DNA from: Ignavibacteriota bacterium
GTDB lineage: Bacteria > Bacteroidota > Ignavibacteria > UBA10030 > SZUA-254
DNA: 64,000 nucleotides
Reading direction: 5' to 3'
NCBI GenBank assembly: GCA_963727845.1
Contig: CAVSHI010000006.1
Span: forward strand, 3,935 to 67,934
The position numbers were made by a program, and so were the translations under genes. Position 1 is the first letter of the stretch; every line of letters starts with the position of its first letter. The notes below the pieces were generated by a model. It saw nothing but the letters and a program-made list of their open reading frames with translations. It ran no database searches and was not told the DNA's origin. Positions 18,688 to 29,152 of this stretch are shown piece by piece.

Positions 18688-21582
18688 ATGAGCAATAAGT
18701 TTTTCCACCGTTTCATTGCGGCTTCAGTCTTTCTGATCTCGCTGATTCAATTCTTCATGACTGCCCAGCCATCGGTCTCCTTCTGGGACCCGGGTGAGCT
18801 CTCTGCTGCCGCGTACGCTCTGGAGGTGCCGCATCCTCCCGGTGGTCCGCTGTTCTCGCTCGTCGGACATGTATTCTACTTGTTACCGCTTCCGGGTAAT
18901 ATCGGATTCAGGATGAATACCCTTTCTGTCGTTGCCAGCGCATTCTCAGTGTTGTTGCTGTATCTCATTGCAGTCCGTCTCATGAAACTTTATAAAGGTG
19001 CGGAACCTCAGAATGTGCTCTCCGCGTGCGGCACATATTTTTCTGCGGCAATAGGCGCCCTGGCGTTTTCATTCTGTGATTCGGTTTGGTTCAACGGTGT
19101 CGAGAGCAACTACTTTGCGGCGAGCACACTGTTGTTCTCGCTCATCGTGTGGTTGACGCTCGTGTGGTATGAAAAGTCGGACGAACGCAAAAGCGGGAGA
19201 TACCTGTTGTTGATCGCCTACCTCATCGGACTTTCCACGGGTGTGCATCTCATGAGTGTCCTCTCGATTTTCGCAGTTGTCATGATTGTAGTTTTCAAAC
19301 GCTACGTTGCCGACGATCGTCATTGCAAGACAACCGCCTTTATTTTTCTCGGGCACATCATCGTGTTAGTCGCAATTGCACTTGCGATGTGGAATAATGA
19401 GACGTCGCAACAGCCGCCGAACCCCGACGAATACAAAGCATACGACATGAACTTCATTTTGATCATGGGCGCGGTGAGCGCCGTCATCGTCGGCCTCTTC
19501 TGGAAAAAGGTTCTCAAGAAGGATTCTTTTTATTCGCCCATCATATTCGGCGCGATTGCTCTTGCTTTCACTTTCGGCGGCATCTTCAAGTTGTTGCCGG
19601 ATCTGCTGCGCCTCCTCGCAGATGACAGCAGTTTGAAAGGGATTGTCGTCCTTGCCATTTTCCTGGCTGTGCTCTCCTACATCGTCTACTGGTCAATTAA
19701 GAACAAGAAAACACTTCTGGCCATCGTCGTATTTTCCGTCATCCTGAACATAGTTGGGTTTACGACCTTCACAACGACAATCATCAGGGCAAACCAGCAT
19801 CCTGCCATGAATGAGAATGCACCGGTGAGCTTCTCACGCCTGGTCGAATACCTCAACCGCGAACAGTACGGTGATTGGCCGATATTTAAGCGGCGATGGT
19901 CCGGTGAACCTCAGCATCAGCGCACGTGGGCGAATTACAAAAGCGATCTTGATTTCTTTTTGCGCTACCAGATCGACCATATGTACAATCGCTACCTGCT
20001 GTGGAATTTCGCCGGGCGGGAGTCGACAATCCAGGACACGGGGGTAAACTGGAAACAGTTATACGGTATACCACTCCTGGTGGGATTGTTGGGGTTGTAT
20101 TTCCATTTTCGGAAGGACTGGAAAATTGCGTCCTCATTTCTTGTGCTATTCATTTTCATGGGATACGGTATTCTCTTCTATCCTAATGCGCAGGAAATGC
20201 AGCCCCGGGAGAGGGATTATTTTTATGCAGGTTCTTTCTTTGTGTTCGCGCTCTGGATCTCGCTGGGCATCCGGGGCTTACTTGATGAAATCGAGAATAA
20301 ATCCCTTACCACGGGTAAAGCAACGTCGTTGTTTGCCGGCATCCTTGTTCTTGGAACGATCCTCATTCCCGGGAGGATGCTGCAGACGAACTACTTCACG
20401 CATGACCGGTCGAGGAACTGGGTCCCGTGGGACTATGCCTACAACCTCCTGCAAACCTGTGCCCCGAATGCAATCCTGTTTACGGGCGGTGACAACGATA
20501 CATTCCCTCTATGGTATCTGCAGGACGTTGAAGGGATCAGGCGCGATGTCCGGATCGTCAACCTGAGCCTCGTCAATACCGGATGGTATGCCAAGCAGTT
20601 GAAACACGAGACTCCGTACGGCACCGCGGCGGTCAAAGTCAACTTGAGCGATGATGTCCTTGACAGACTCCAGCCGATGCAATGGACGGCGCAGCAAGTG
20701 AAGCTTCCCGTGCCCCGCGAGGTCATCGATCAGTATCAGGTTACTGATACGGCGGTCATCAGAACGGGTGCGATCACATTTACCATGTCGCCCACATTAA
20801 ACTACGGAAGCGTCGGCGCGATCAGGATGCAGGATATCATGGTGCGTGAGATCGTCCTGGCGAATGCGTGGCAGAGACCCATATATTTTGCGAGCACCAG
20901 CGGGGAGGATGTTAAGATCGGTTTGGGTGACTATCTGAAGATAGAAGGACTTGCGAGCCGGCTCGTTCCTGTAAAGAGGAACCTCGCGAGCACGATGCGT
21001 TACTCCATCGATGAACCGAGGATGCATAAGAATCTTCTGGAGGAGGCTCCGAATGTGAGTAAGACATTCCAGCCGGGTTTTCTCTTCAGAGGGTTGAATG
21101 ACAGCACGATCTTCTACGACGAAAATGAGGAGCGGATGGTGCTCAATTATAGAGGTTCGTTCTTGATGCTCGCGTCGTACTACATTTCCGAAGCGCATGA
21201 TAAAGATATGTGCCTTAAGACCCTGGATCGCATGGAACAGGTCTCTCCGGAAAATGTAGTGAAGATGGATTACATGCAGGAATACTACACGGCATCCATG
21301 TATTATGCCTCCGGAGCTACCGCGAAATATCGGGTGATCGCTGACAAGGTTGCAGAGTCCGTACTCGCGAGGCTCGGTGACAATCCCACGGATGTGAACG
21401 AGGTCAACAGTCTTTACCAGATTCTCCTTGAGACATACGACAAGACCGCCCAGTACTCGAAAGCCGAGGAAATGCTCGAGCGACTTCTTCCCAGTTATCC
21501 CCAGGATGCAGGTTTGAAGCAGCAAATCGAACGATACAAAGGGCTGGCAGCACAACAGAAGAGCGGGAAATTGCCCCAGTGA
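18688..21582 (+). CDS. DUF2723 (PMT/GT39-like) integral membrane protein with a C-terminal TPR-like soluble domain
   Basis: The DUF2723 signature sits at the N-terminus (SFWDPGELSAAAYALEVPHPPGGPLFSLVGHVF). There are about ten hydrophobic segments in the first 550 aa. Confidence 0.75.
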   Translation: MSNKFFHRFIAASVFLISLIQFFMTAQPSVSFWDPGELSAAAYALEVPHPPGGPLFSLVGHVFYLLPLPGNIGFRMNTLSVVASAFSVLLLYLIAVRLMKLYKGAEPQNVLSACGTYFSAAIGALAFSFCDSVWFNGVESNYFAASTLLFSLIVWLTLVWYEKSDERKSGRYLLLIAYLIGLSTGVHLMSVLSIFAVVMIVVFKRYVADDRHCKTTAFIFLGHIIVLVAIALAMWNNETSQQPPNPDEYKAYDMNFILIMGAVSAVIVGLFWKKVLKKDSFYSPIIFGAIALAFTFGGIFKLLPDLLRLLADDSSLKGIVVLAIFLAVLSYIVYWSIKNKKTLLAIVVFSVILNIVGFTTFTTTIIRANQHPAMNENAPVSFSRLVEYLNREQYGDWPIFKRRWSGEPQHQRTWANYKSDLDFFLRYQIDHMYNRYLLWNFAGRESTIQDTGVNWKQLYGIPLLVGLLGLYFHFRKDWKIASSFLVLFIFMGYGILFYPNAQEMQPRERDYFYAGSFFVFALWISLGIRGLLDEIENKSLTTGKATSLFAGILVLGTILIPGRMLQTNYFTHDRSRNWVPWDYAYNLLQTCAPNAILFTGGDNDTFPLWYLQDVEGIRRDVRIVNLSLVNTGWYAKQLKHETPYGTAAVKVNLSDDVLDRLQPMQWTAQQVKLPVPREVIDQYQVTDTAVIRTGAITFTMSPTLNYGSVGAIRMQDIMVREIVLANAWQRPIYFASTSGEDVKIGLGDYLKIEGLASRLVPVKRNLASTMRYSIDEPRMHKNLLEEAPNVSKTFQPGFLFRGLNDSTIFYDENEERMVLNYRGSFLMLASYYISEAHDKDMCLKTLDRMEQVSPENVVKMDYMQEYYTASMYYASGATAKYRVIADKVAESVLARLGDNPTDVNEVNSLYQILLETYDKTAQYSKAEEMLERLLPSYPQDAGLKQQIERYKGLAAQQKSGKLPQ

Positions 21583-21640
21583 GGAGTTTTCACTCAAGGT
21601 GAATTGACAGGCATCGCGGTCATACTAAACAGATATTTCC

Positions 21641-22174
21641 ATGAAAAGAACAGCAGCCTTGCTGGTGATGATCTCCCTGGTGACGTTGGGTTGCGGGGAC
21701 AAATCGGAGAAGCTTGTGAAAGCACAGCCTCCGGTTAACCCGTACTATTCTCGCACAGACACAACCGTTCTTGACCTCCCGGATTCCGCCTGGAAGGCCA
21801 TCCTGCCCGACAGCGTTTACCAGGTCGCCCGCAGTAAGGCCACCGAGGAAGCCTTCACGGGCAAGTACTATAAGTATACGGGCATCGGCACATACTATTG
21901 TGCGGCCTGCGGGAATGCGTTGTTCCGCTCAGATGCAAAGTTCGCCAGCACATGCGGCTGGCCGAGTTTCTTCGAGACTATTCGAAAGAACAGCGTCAGA
22001 TATCAGCCGGATACTTCGTACGGTATGAACAGGATGGAGGTACTCTGCGGTCGATGCGGTGCCCACCTCGGGCATTTGTTCGATGACGGCCCGCCGCCGA
22101 CGGGGAAGCGGTATTGCATGAATTCCATCGTGCTTGACTTCTCGCCGGACAACAAGGACACGCCCGGACATTAG
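21641..22174 (+). CDS. msrB: peptide-methionine (R)-S-oxide reductase MsrB, lipoprotein
   Basis: A lipobox is present (LVTLGCG). The SelR motifs are GWPSFFE ... CGRCGAHLGHLFDDGPPPTGKRYCMNS. Confidence 0.9.
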   Translation: MKRTAALLVMISLVTLGCGDKSEKLVKAQPPVNPYYSRTDTTVLDLPDSAWKAILPDSVYQVARSKATEEAFTGKYYKYTGIGTYYCAACGNALFRSDAKFASTCGWPSFFETIRKNSVRYQPDTSYGMNRMEVLCGRCGAHLGHLFDDGPPPTGKRYCMNSIVLDFSPDNKDTPGH

Positions 22175-22198
22175 CGGAGCACACCAGAACTCAATCGG

Positions 22199-23503
22199 TC
22201 AGCAAGCGATGCGGGCCAGTACTTCGGGTCCCCGCTGTTGGATTGACCGCCCTGAAATCATTTCTATTTTTCTCTGCACCGAACGCAAGTAATCGAAGCT
22301 GAACGGGCTGTGCGGCTCAAGTTCGTCGATGTACGAACGCGTGAAGAATTTTCCCCCCCGGGCTACGGCTTCGAATATGAGCACCCTGCAACACGACAAA
22401 CTGAAATCGGACAACGTCCCGGCGTCCGGGCCTGAGAACACATCCTTCGCGCAAAAAATTTGTTGAGTGAAATTGAATAATCGATTTGTGGTTTGCTCAA
22501 TCGACCGCTGCCCGGGATGCTTCGAGAAAATTGTGATGTGGGCGTTACCAAGATCCTGCTCTATGTCCTGCAGGTCGTCGATGAATTGCAGGGCAACGCC
22601 GTATCCGAACATAAATTCGGCAACATTTTCGGGAAGGTTTCCGGCGGTCAGGTAGGCATCTGCTAGAACGGAGGCGCCCCCTTTTCCCATGCTCACACCG
22701 AGAATCTCGCCTGTCGTCGGGGATATGCCATAATCTTGTTGTTCCAGGCTTTGCCTTTGAGCCCGATGAATCGCCAGGAGACTCTCGTACACCATCGCGT
22801 GCGATGCCCGTGGAAACTCCGTCTCAATGTATTCGAGCAAGCGCTGGATCTTCTTCAACCGGGGGGATGTGAGGTGCACTTCTGTGCCTGCGAGGAGTTC
22901 TTCCACCGTGGAGAGGAATCTCCGCTTGTCCGGGCGGGTTACATTTGGGTCGTCCAGCAAATTGTCGGTGTACGGGTACAAAAGGCTGTAGGCAAACGCC
23001 GACGGTGTCAGCGTCGCCTTTTTGCCCAGGTATGTCTGGATGCTGTTGACGATCAAAACATTTCTCAGGGCTTGATAAAGGTCCTCCTGAGAGAGTTGGG
23101 GATCAAACGCCGTCGCCCGGCGGACGAATTCGACTGCAGATGAAAAGTAACTGTCCAGAATATCCGCGGGCAGTCCGTGGCGCCCCGCGTGGGATGACCC
23201 CGACATGAACGGAACCACAAGTTCTTTTATCCGCTCCGGATGGATCTGTTCAGCGCCGTTCCATGCCTGTATTTCAGAGCGGGCTCTCGCGAGGAGCCTA
23301 TCGAGATCGTTTTGGTGTATCTTCTGCTCTTCTGAGGAGTAACGCTTCTCAAGACAAGGTTTCTGGGAGGGAGTGTTTTCCCAAAGTTCCGAGAATTTCT
23401 TCTTCAGATCACGAATCGTGGTCGTGGTGCCGTCGCCGGGGACAGCCACGGTGCTTTTTCGTGTCGTCGTGAGTTCTCTCTCGTGTTGTCTGAGCTCAAA
23501 CAT
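22199..23503 (-). CDS. terpene-synthase/isoprenoid-synthase-fold protein; candidate YtpB-like large terpene synthase (DUF2600-like)
   Basis: It has two Asp-rich motifs about 140 aa apart: PYTDNLLDD...RPDKRRF and GVALQFIDDLQDIEQD. The first resembles the DYLDNLxD motif that replaces DDxxD in large terpene synthases. The second resembles a second Asp-rich motif (G-AFQ--DDxxD). Confidence 0.4.
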   Translation of the reverse strand: MFELRQHERELTTTRKSTVAVPGDGTTTTIRDLKKKFSELWENTPSQKPCLEKRYSSEEQKIHQNDLDRLLARARSEIQAWNGAEQIHPERIKELVVPFMSGSSHAGRHGLPADILDSYFSSAVEFVRRATAFDPQLSQEDLYQALRNVLIVNSIQTYLGKKATLTPSAFAYSLLYPYTDNLLDDPNVTRPDKRRFLSTVEELLAGTEVHLTSPRLKKIQRLLEYIETEFPRASHAMVYESLLAIHRAQRQSLEQQDYGISPTTGEILGVSMGKGGASVLADAYLTAGNLPENVAEFMFGYGVALQFIDDLQDIEQDLGNAHITIFSKHPGQRSIEQTTNRLFNFTQQIFCAKDVFSGPDAGTLSDFSLSCCRVLIFEAVARGGKFFTRSYIDELEPHSPFSFDYLRSVQRKIEMISGRSIQQRGPEVLARIAC

Positions 23504-23651
23504 GCATTGATAAGGGGATGTCTCCGTGAATATACGACGGGGCGTTGATAAAGATTCATTGACAGGCCAGAGCGTGGGAGTCCGATGGACTTCTCCCGGG
23601 TAAGTTGCAGGGGCATGAGGGAATTACGACGAGCTCGCGTCCCTACAACTA

Positions 23652-23708
23652 CCCTCTCCCCTTCAATTCCCCTCTCCCGCAAGCGGGAGAGGGGAAAGGG
23701 GTGAGGGT
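23652..23708. repeat. nested palindromic repeat, family B copy 2 (CCCTCTCCC ... CCCTCTCCC-GCAAGC-GGGAGAGGG ... GGGTGAGGGTT)
   Basis: The inner palindrome is at 23670-23693. The same GGGTGAGGGTT tail occurs at 16075-16085. Confidence 0.65.
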
Positions 23709-23797
23709 TAAAGGCCAGAAGAATTAATCAATCCGTTTCTGAGGCAGGGCGCTAGAAGATACGGTTTCCTGACTCACAATCATTTGTTGGGACGGCA

Positions 23798-25897
23798 TTA
23801 CTTCTGGAGGTTTTTCCCCTGCAGCTCATCCGCCAGCGGACCCGCGTCGTACAATTTGCGCAACGCTTCGATCATTGCCTGGCTGTGTACGGCTACCGTC
23901 CGGTTTTTTTCTTCGTCATAAACGTACGTTCCGACAAGGCTTTCGATATTCCCGTCGAACACCAGTCCGACGAGCTCGCCTTTTCTATTGATAACGGGAG
24001 AGCCTGAATTTCCGCCGACGACATCGAGCGACGCGACGAAGTTCAGCGGCGTGGAAAGATCCAGCTTGTTCTTTCCATCGATATAGCGTTGTGCGAGGTC
24101 GAACGGGGGCTGCATGTTGAAACTATTCGCACGGTCGTACAAACCGTAAAACGTTGTTTTTGGGGGAGCGACTGTCCCGTTCATCGGGTAACCGCTCACT
24201 TTTCCGTACGTCAGCCGTAGCGTGAAATTAGCGTCGGGGTACGTTGATTTTCCGTACACGGCAAAGCCCGCTTTTCCGACTTTTTCACCCGCAACCGTTT
24301 CGTTGGCCTCAACGTCCTTCTCGTAGGTTTTCCTCATCTCCCGGACCATCGGGTCGACGGCGCGGGCCGCGACGATCATTGGATCTGCCGACTTCTGGAC
24401 GGTCTTCACGCCGCCTTCGACCAGCGATTTCCGGAACTCCGGATCTGCCATCTTTGTGCCCGCGAACAGTTCTTTTGCAAAATCTTCCGGACTCTTGCCG
24501 TTCAACACGGCTTTCACAAAGGGATCGTCGCTCCCGAGCTCGTCGAGCGTCTCGTGCAGTCCGTCAGTTAATCGGAATTCCTCGAGTTTCGGATACACGG
24601 GTGCCGGTGAAAAGAGGCTGAACTTGAAGGACTCGAGCTGTGCATCGTGGAATCCTTCGAGCCGCTCTCCATCGGGTTTCTTAATTTCGGACACATACTG
24701 GACAATGAGGAGCGCCATCTGTGCCATCCTCGACCCGCGAAGTCCTCTGAAGAACATGGGCTTGACCAGGTCGGCGTGTTTCTTCTTTGCCGCAGCAATC
24801 ACGTCCCAGGCATCTCCGAAATCTTTCTGCCACTGCGGGTTGGCATTGATCTTCGCGCGGAAATCAGTTTCTTCCTGTTGCTTCTTGGCCATGATATTTT
24901 TGTCGAGCAGGCCCTCGTATTCGCCCTGGCTGGCCTTCAGGGAGTTCTCGAGTCCGAAGATCAAGGAGGCGGCCTGGCGTGTTTCCTCTTTCCCTTGTTT
25001 GGAATACTGTTCCAGACCATCGATGCGGCTTTTGAGCGCCTTGATTACTGTGGGGAAATTATAGTCCCGCATGAATTCCAGTTGCGCCATGGTGCTCGAC
25101 CGCTGGGTGGAACCGGGATTGCCTGATACGAATACGAGCTCGCCGTCATCCGCGCCTTTTTCACTCCACTGCAAGTAGTTTTCCGGGCGAATGGGCTTAT
25201 CGTTTTCGTAAACACGGAAGAGCGCCATGTCCAGGTCGTAGCGCGGATACGTAAAGTTATCCGGATCGCCGCCGTAGAAAGCAGCGCCTGCCTCGGGAGC
25301 AAAAACCAGTCGCACATCCGTGTATTTCTTGTACCGGTATAACCAGTATTCACCGCCGTTGTAAAGCGTAATGACATCTGAGCGCAAGCCCGTTTTCTTG
25401 AGGCTCTCCTTTTCGATCTTCGCCGATTCGGCTTTCCGCATTTCGAGGGCTTCGTTATCGGTCTTGGCCTTTGAAACGGCTTTCATGATGCGGTCCGTCA
25501 CGTTATCGAGCGACTGGAGCACGTTGAGCTCGAGATCCGGACACTTGATTTCTTCCGATGGAGTCCGGGCGTAGAAGCCATCCTTCACGTAGTCTTTCTC
25601 CTGGGTCGACATTTTTTGGAGCTGTCCCCGGGCGACATGGTGGTTTGTGAGCGCAAGTCCATCCGCGCTGACGAAGGAACCGGAACCGCCGTCGTTGAAC
25701 CGGACGCTTGCGAGGCGAATATGGTCGAGCCATTGCTGTGTCGGCTCGAAACCGTACCTCTCTTTGAGCAATTTCAGCGGGGGGTTGTCAAAAGTCCACA
25801 TTCCTTCATCCGGACGCGGAGGTGAAGCATTCAGGAAGAGCAAGCAAATGAAGCCGGCGAGCGCCGCTCCAACAAAATGACGATTTAAGTGTTTCAT
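23798..25897 (-). CDS. S46-family serine peptidase (dipeptidyl-peptidase 7/11-like)
   Basis: It has a signal peptide and the motif GMWTFDNPP...ALTNHHVARG. The C-terminal catalytic Ser region is GGNSGSPVINRKGELVGLVFDGN. ATG 25897 (MKHLNRHF) is preferred. Confidence 0.85.
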   Translation of the reverse strand: MKHLNRHFVGAALAGFICLLFLNASPPRPDEGMWTFDNPPLKLLKERYGFEPTQQWLDHIRLASVRFNDGGSGSFVSADGLALTNHHVARGQLQKMSTQEKDYVKDGFYARTPSEEIKCPDLELNVLQSLDNVTDRIMKAVSKAKTDNEALEMRKAESAKIEKESLKKTGLRSDVITLYNGGEYWLYRYKKYTDVRLVFAPEAGAAFYGGDPDNFTYPRYDLDMALFRVYENDKPIRPENYLQWSEKGADDGELVFVSGNPGSTQRSSTMAQLEFMRDYNFPTVIKALKSRIDGLEQYSKQGKEETRQAASLIFGLENSLKASQGEYEGLLDKNIMAKKQQEETDFRAKINANPQWQKDFGDAWDVIAAAKKKHADLVKPMFFRGLRGSRMAQMALLIVQYVSEIKKPDGERLEGFHDAQLESFKFSLFSPAPVYPKLEEFRLTDGLHETLDELGSDDPFVKAVLNGKSPEDFAKELFAGTKMADPEFRKSLVEGGVKTVQKSADPMIVAARAVDPMVREMRKTYEKDVEANETVAGEKVGKAGFAVYGKSTYPDANFTLRLTYGKVSGYPMNGTVAPPKTTFYGLYDRANSFNMQPPFDLAQRYIDGKNKLDLSTPLNFVASLDVVGGNSGSPVINRKGELVGLVFDGNIESLVGTYVYDEEKNRTVAVHSQAMIEALRKLYDAGPLADELQGKNLQK

Positions 25898-26302
25898 AGC
25901 TGAATACCTTGTTTGTGTAAGTTTGAGTGGGATAATGACAAGTTTGGGTATTGTACGAAAATGAATTCTTGTTTGCAAAAGACTGATCACCGGCAAGCCG
26001 GGTTCGAGGACAAAGCATAAGGCTTGGGCATCAGCTTTAGCATGTTGGCTCGTGCGAAAAGTCCGCGAAATGTGTCCTCCGTGACCATAATTCTGCGAAC
26101 CCTGATTCTGCCGCCGATGCGATTTGACATTAGATCAAAAATCCTTATCTTATCAAAATTCGTCACAGGCGGCCGACATGCCTTGATTCCATTGTTGTCG
26201 GGCCACAGGTCTCCAAAAAAACAACTGCAGAGTTATCTTTGAAAAATGCATGATTCTTGTTAATGTCTCCCAGTTTTTTCAGAGATCGAAGAGCGTCAAC
26301 GT

Positions 26303-29146
26303 ATGAAACAAACCCGCAACGTTGATTCCTCTTGTTGTGCTGTTTTCCTCCGGAGGATTTCCCTCGGTATATTTATCCTTCTGGCCGGATATGTCTCTTT
26401 TGTGTTCGCAGGCAACACCGGCAAGATTGCCGGCAAAGTGACAGACGCGAAGACGAAAGAGGCGCTGGTTGGAGTGAATGTGATTGTTCAAGGAACGACA
26501 CTGGGCGCCGTGACGAATCTTGACGGTGATTACACAATTCTCAATATTCCTCCCGGCGCGTATACGTTAAAGGCGTCGATCCTGGGATATGACCTCGTGA
26601 CGGTCAATGAGGTCCGGATTTCCATCGACCTGACTACTCGTCAGGACTTTGCGCTGACTGAAACGGTTATGGAACAAAAGGAAGTTGTGATAACAGCACA
26701 GCATCCTCTTGTTCAGAAAGACCTTACTGCGACCACCGCGGTCATCGGGAAGGAGGAGATTGCGGCGCTCCCTGTGACAGAAGTGTCTCAGCTGTTGAAT
26801 CTCAAGGCGGGGTACGTCTCGGGTAGCCTCCGTGGAGGACGTACGGGTGAAGTCGCCTACTGGATCGATGGGGTACCGGTAACGAACGCCTACGACGGAA
26901 GCCAGGTGGTTGAAGTAAACAAGAATATGGTTCAGGAAATGCAGGTCGTTTCCGGCGCGTTCAATGCCGAGTACGGTCAGGCGATGTCGGGTATCGTCAA
27001 CATAGCGACGAAAGAGGGCGAGAGTAAATTTCACGGAGGACTGAGCGGGTATGGCGGGCAATATGCCACGTCATCCGATGCCAATTATGATCAGGAGGGT
27101 CACGAGATTTCAGAGCTCTTCCCGGGGCTCAACCGTTTTCAGCCTACCGCGATCCATGACATCGAGGGCAACCTCAGCGGTCCACTGATTGGAGATGCAT
27201 TGACGTTCTTCGCAAACGCCCGCTATATTTATTTCGGCGGTGATTTTTACGGAATCCGCCGTTTCAATCCTCAAAACGTCGCTTACTTCGACAGCAGCAA
27301 TAATTATCACCTCTATAGAGATCCATCGGGCAAAGGAGACAGCTCATTTGTCCCGATGAACTGGAGCGAACGGTCGTACGCACAGGGCAAGTTGACCTGG
27401 CATATCAATCCTACGCTGAAGCTCACCGGCAATTTCATCTACGACGACGACGTGGCGAAGGCCTACGACCGGACCTATTTTCTCGACCCGGACGGAAAGG
27501 GCAATAACTACAATGTAAGCAATACGTTTATCTTCCAGCTCACGGACATGCTCAGTCCAAGCACGTTTTGCACGCTCGGTGGGTCGTACTTCGACAAGGA
27601 CTTCCAGTACTACCTCTATCAGGATCCGCACGACCCGCGGTATGTGAATCCCGGCGTGGCTATTTCCACGGAGCCGTACAGCTTCCTGACGGGCGGCACG
27701 GATCTCGGGAGGTCTCACCAGGTGACGATCACGAAACTTTTGAAGTTCGACCTCTCGAGCCAGGTCAATCAGAACAATCTCATAAAAGGCGGAGTGGAGT
27801 TTCGCCTGCATCATATCTATGATGAGAATATGACTCTCATCCCGGTGCAATCCGAGGTGGCCTTCAACCGGGTGACGAGCAACCCGTACATCCAGACGGA
27901 AATTCCGGATCTCGGGACGGTAAATCATGATATGTACAATCACAGTCCCGTGGAACTCTCCGGATACATTCAGGACAAGCTTGAGTTCAGTAGTTTCATT
28001 CTGAACATTGGTATCCGGTATGATTATTTTGATCCCAATGCCCTGGTACTCAACGATGCCCATCCGGATCCGAACGACCCTCTTCACCATATGTATACGG
28101 TCGATGACCCGGACATCTATTCCCCTATAACTCCCCAGCACCTGGCGGACAATCTAAGCATGAGGGAGACGTATTGGTATAAGAAAGCCTCGGTCAAGAC
28201 TCAGTTGAGTCCGAGGATAGGCGCATCGTTTCCGATCACGTCCACGGGTGTCGTACACTTTTCGTATGGTCATTTCTTCCAGATCCCCAACTTCCAACGG
28301 CTATATGAAAACCCGCAGTTCGTTCTGGGTCAGGGTACCGGAAACCAGGGCTTGTTTGGGAATGCCGACCTGGCAGCCGAACAAACGACCAACGGTGAGC
28401 TTGGCATACAGGAGCAGGTGGCGGAGGGCCTCTCGATGGACCTGACTGCCTATATTCGCGACATCCGGAATCTTACGAGCTCCAACAGCCAAACGGTCAT
28501 CTACGGTGGCTCCGCGATGTATACGCAGTATCAGAACAGTGATTTCGGGTATGTCAAGGGAGTTGTCCTGACGATGAAGAAAAGGTTCAGCGAAAAATTA
28601 TCGGCCACTTTGGATTACACATACCAGATAGCACGGGGCACGGCCTCCGACCCGACGCAGGCTCGCACGGCCCTTATTGGCGGTGCGCTGCCGGAGGTCC
28701 AGATTGCACCGTTGAACTGGGACCAGCGGCACACCGCGAATGCAACATTGTCCTACGATTCGCATCCGTGGGGGTTCGGTCTTATCGGGCAATACGGCAG
28801 CGGTACTCCATACACGCCGCAAACCATCGCCAGCGACATCAGTACGATCCTGACAAACAGCGAATCGAAGCCGACGTTCTTCGACCTGGACGCACAGGCG
28901 TATTATGAATTCCAGACGCACCCCGTAAAGGTTGTCCTTTTCGCGCGCGTCATCAACCTCCTCGACATACGCAATGAAACCGGCGTGTTCCCCCTGACGG
29001 GAAGGGCGGATTTCACTCCCGAGGAGCAATTAGCGTACTCGACCAATCCCGCCCAGGATGTGAATACTGTCGATCAATACTATCGGTATCCCGACCATTT
29101 TTCCGAGCCAAGACGTATTGAAGTCGGTTTGAATTTTGATTTCTAA
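26303..29146 (+). CDS. TonB-dependent outer-membrane receptor with an N-terminal carboxypeptidase-regulatory-like domain
   Basis: The CarbopepD_reg-like segment is GKIAGKVTDAKTKEALVGVNVIVQGTTLGAVTNLDGDYTI. It is followed by a plug region and a long beta-barrel. TATCTTTG at 26234-26241 is a possible -7 box. Confidence 0.75.
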   Translation: MKQTRNVDSSCCAVFLRRISLGIFILLAGYVSFVFAGNTGKIAGKVTDAKTKEALVGVNVIVQGTTLGAVTNLDGDYTILNIPPGAYTLKASILGYDLVTVNEVRISIDLTTRQDFALTETVMEQKEVVITAQHPLVQKDLTATTAVIGKEEIAALPVTEVSQLLNLKAGYVSGSLRGGRTGEVAYWIDGVPVTNAYDGSQVVEVNKNMVQEMQVVSGAFNAEYGQAMSGIVNIATKEGESKFHGGLSGYGGQYATSSDANYDQEGHEISELFPGLNRFQPTAIHDIEGNLSGPLIGDALTFFANARYIYFGGDFYGIRRFNPQNVAYFDSSNNYHLYRDPSGKGDSSFVPMNWSERSYAQGKLTWHINPTLKLTGNFIYDDDVAKAYDRTYFLDPDGKGNNYNVSNTFIFQLTDMLSPSTFCTLGGSYFDKDFQYYLYQDPHDPRYVNPGVAISTEPYSFLTGGTDLGRSHQVTITKLLKFDLSSQVNQNNLIKGGVEFRLHHIYDENMTLIPVQSEVAFNRVTSNPYIQTEIPDLGTVNHDMYNHSPVELSGYIQDKLEFSSFILNIGIRYDYFDPNALVLNDAHPDPNDPLHHMYTVDDPDIYSPITPQHLADNLSMRETYWYKKASVKTQLSPRIGASFPITSTGVVHFSYGHFFQIPNFQRLYENPQFVLGQGTGNQGLFGNADLAAEQTTNGELGIQEQVAEGLSMDLTAYIRDIRNLTSSNSQTVIYGGSAMYTQYQNSDFGYVKGVVLTMKKRFSEKLSATLDYTYQIARGTASDPTQARTALIGGALPEVQIAPLNWDQRHTANATLSYDSHPWGFGLIGQYGSGTPYTPQTIASDISTILTNSESKPTFFDLDAQAYYEFQTHPVKVVLFARVINLLDIRNETGVFPLTGRADFTPEEQLAYSTNPAQDVNTVDQYYRYPDHFSEPRRIEVGLNFDF

Positions 29147-29152
29147 ATAGAA

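Noticed and set aside
22199-23503. Squalene/phytoene synthase (head-to-head) annotation for the Asp-rich-motif protein
   Set aside because: The motifs do not match the head-to-head family patterns (DxxED, YxxxVAGxVG, NILRD).
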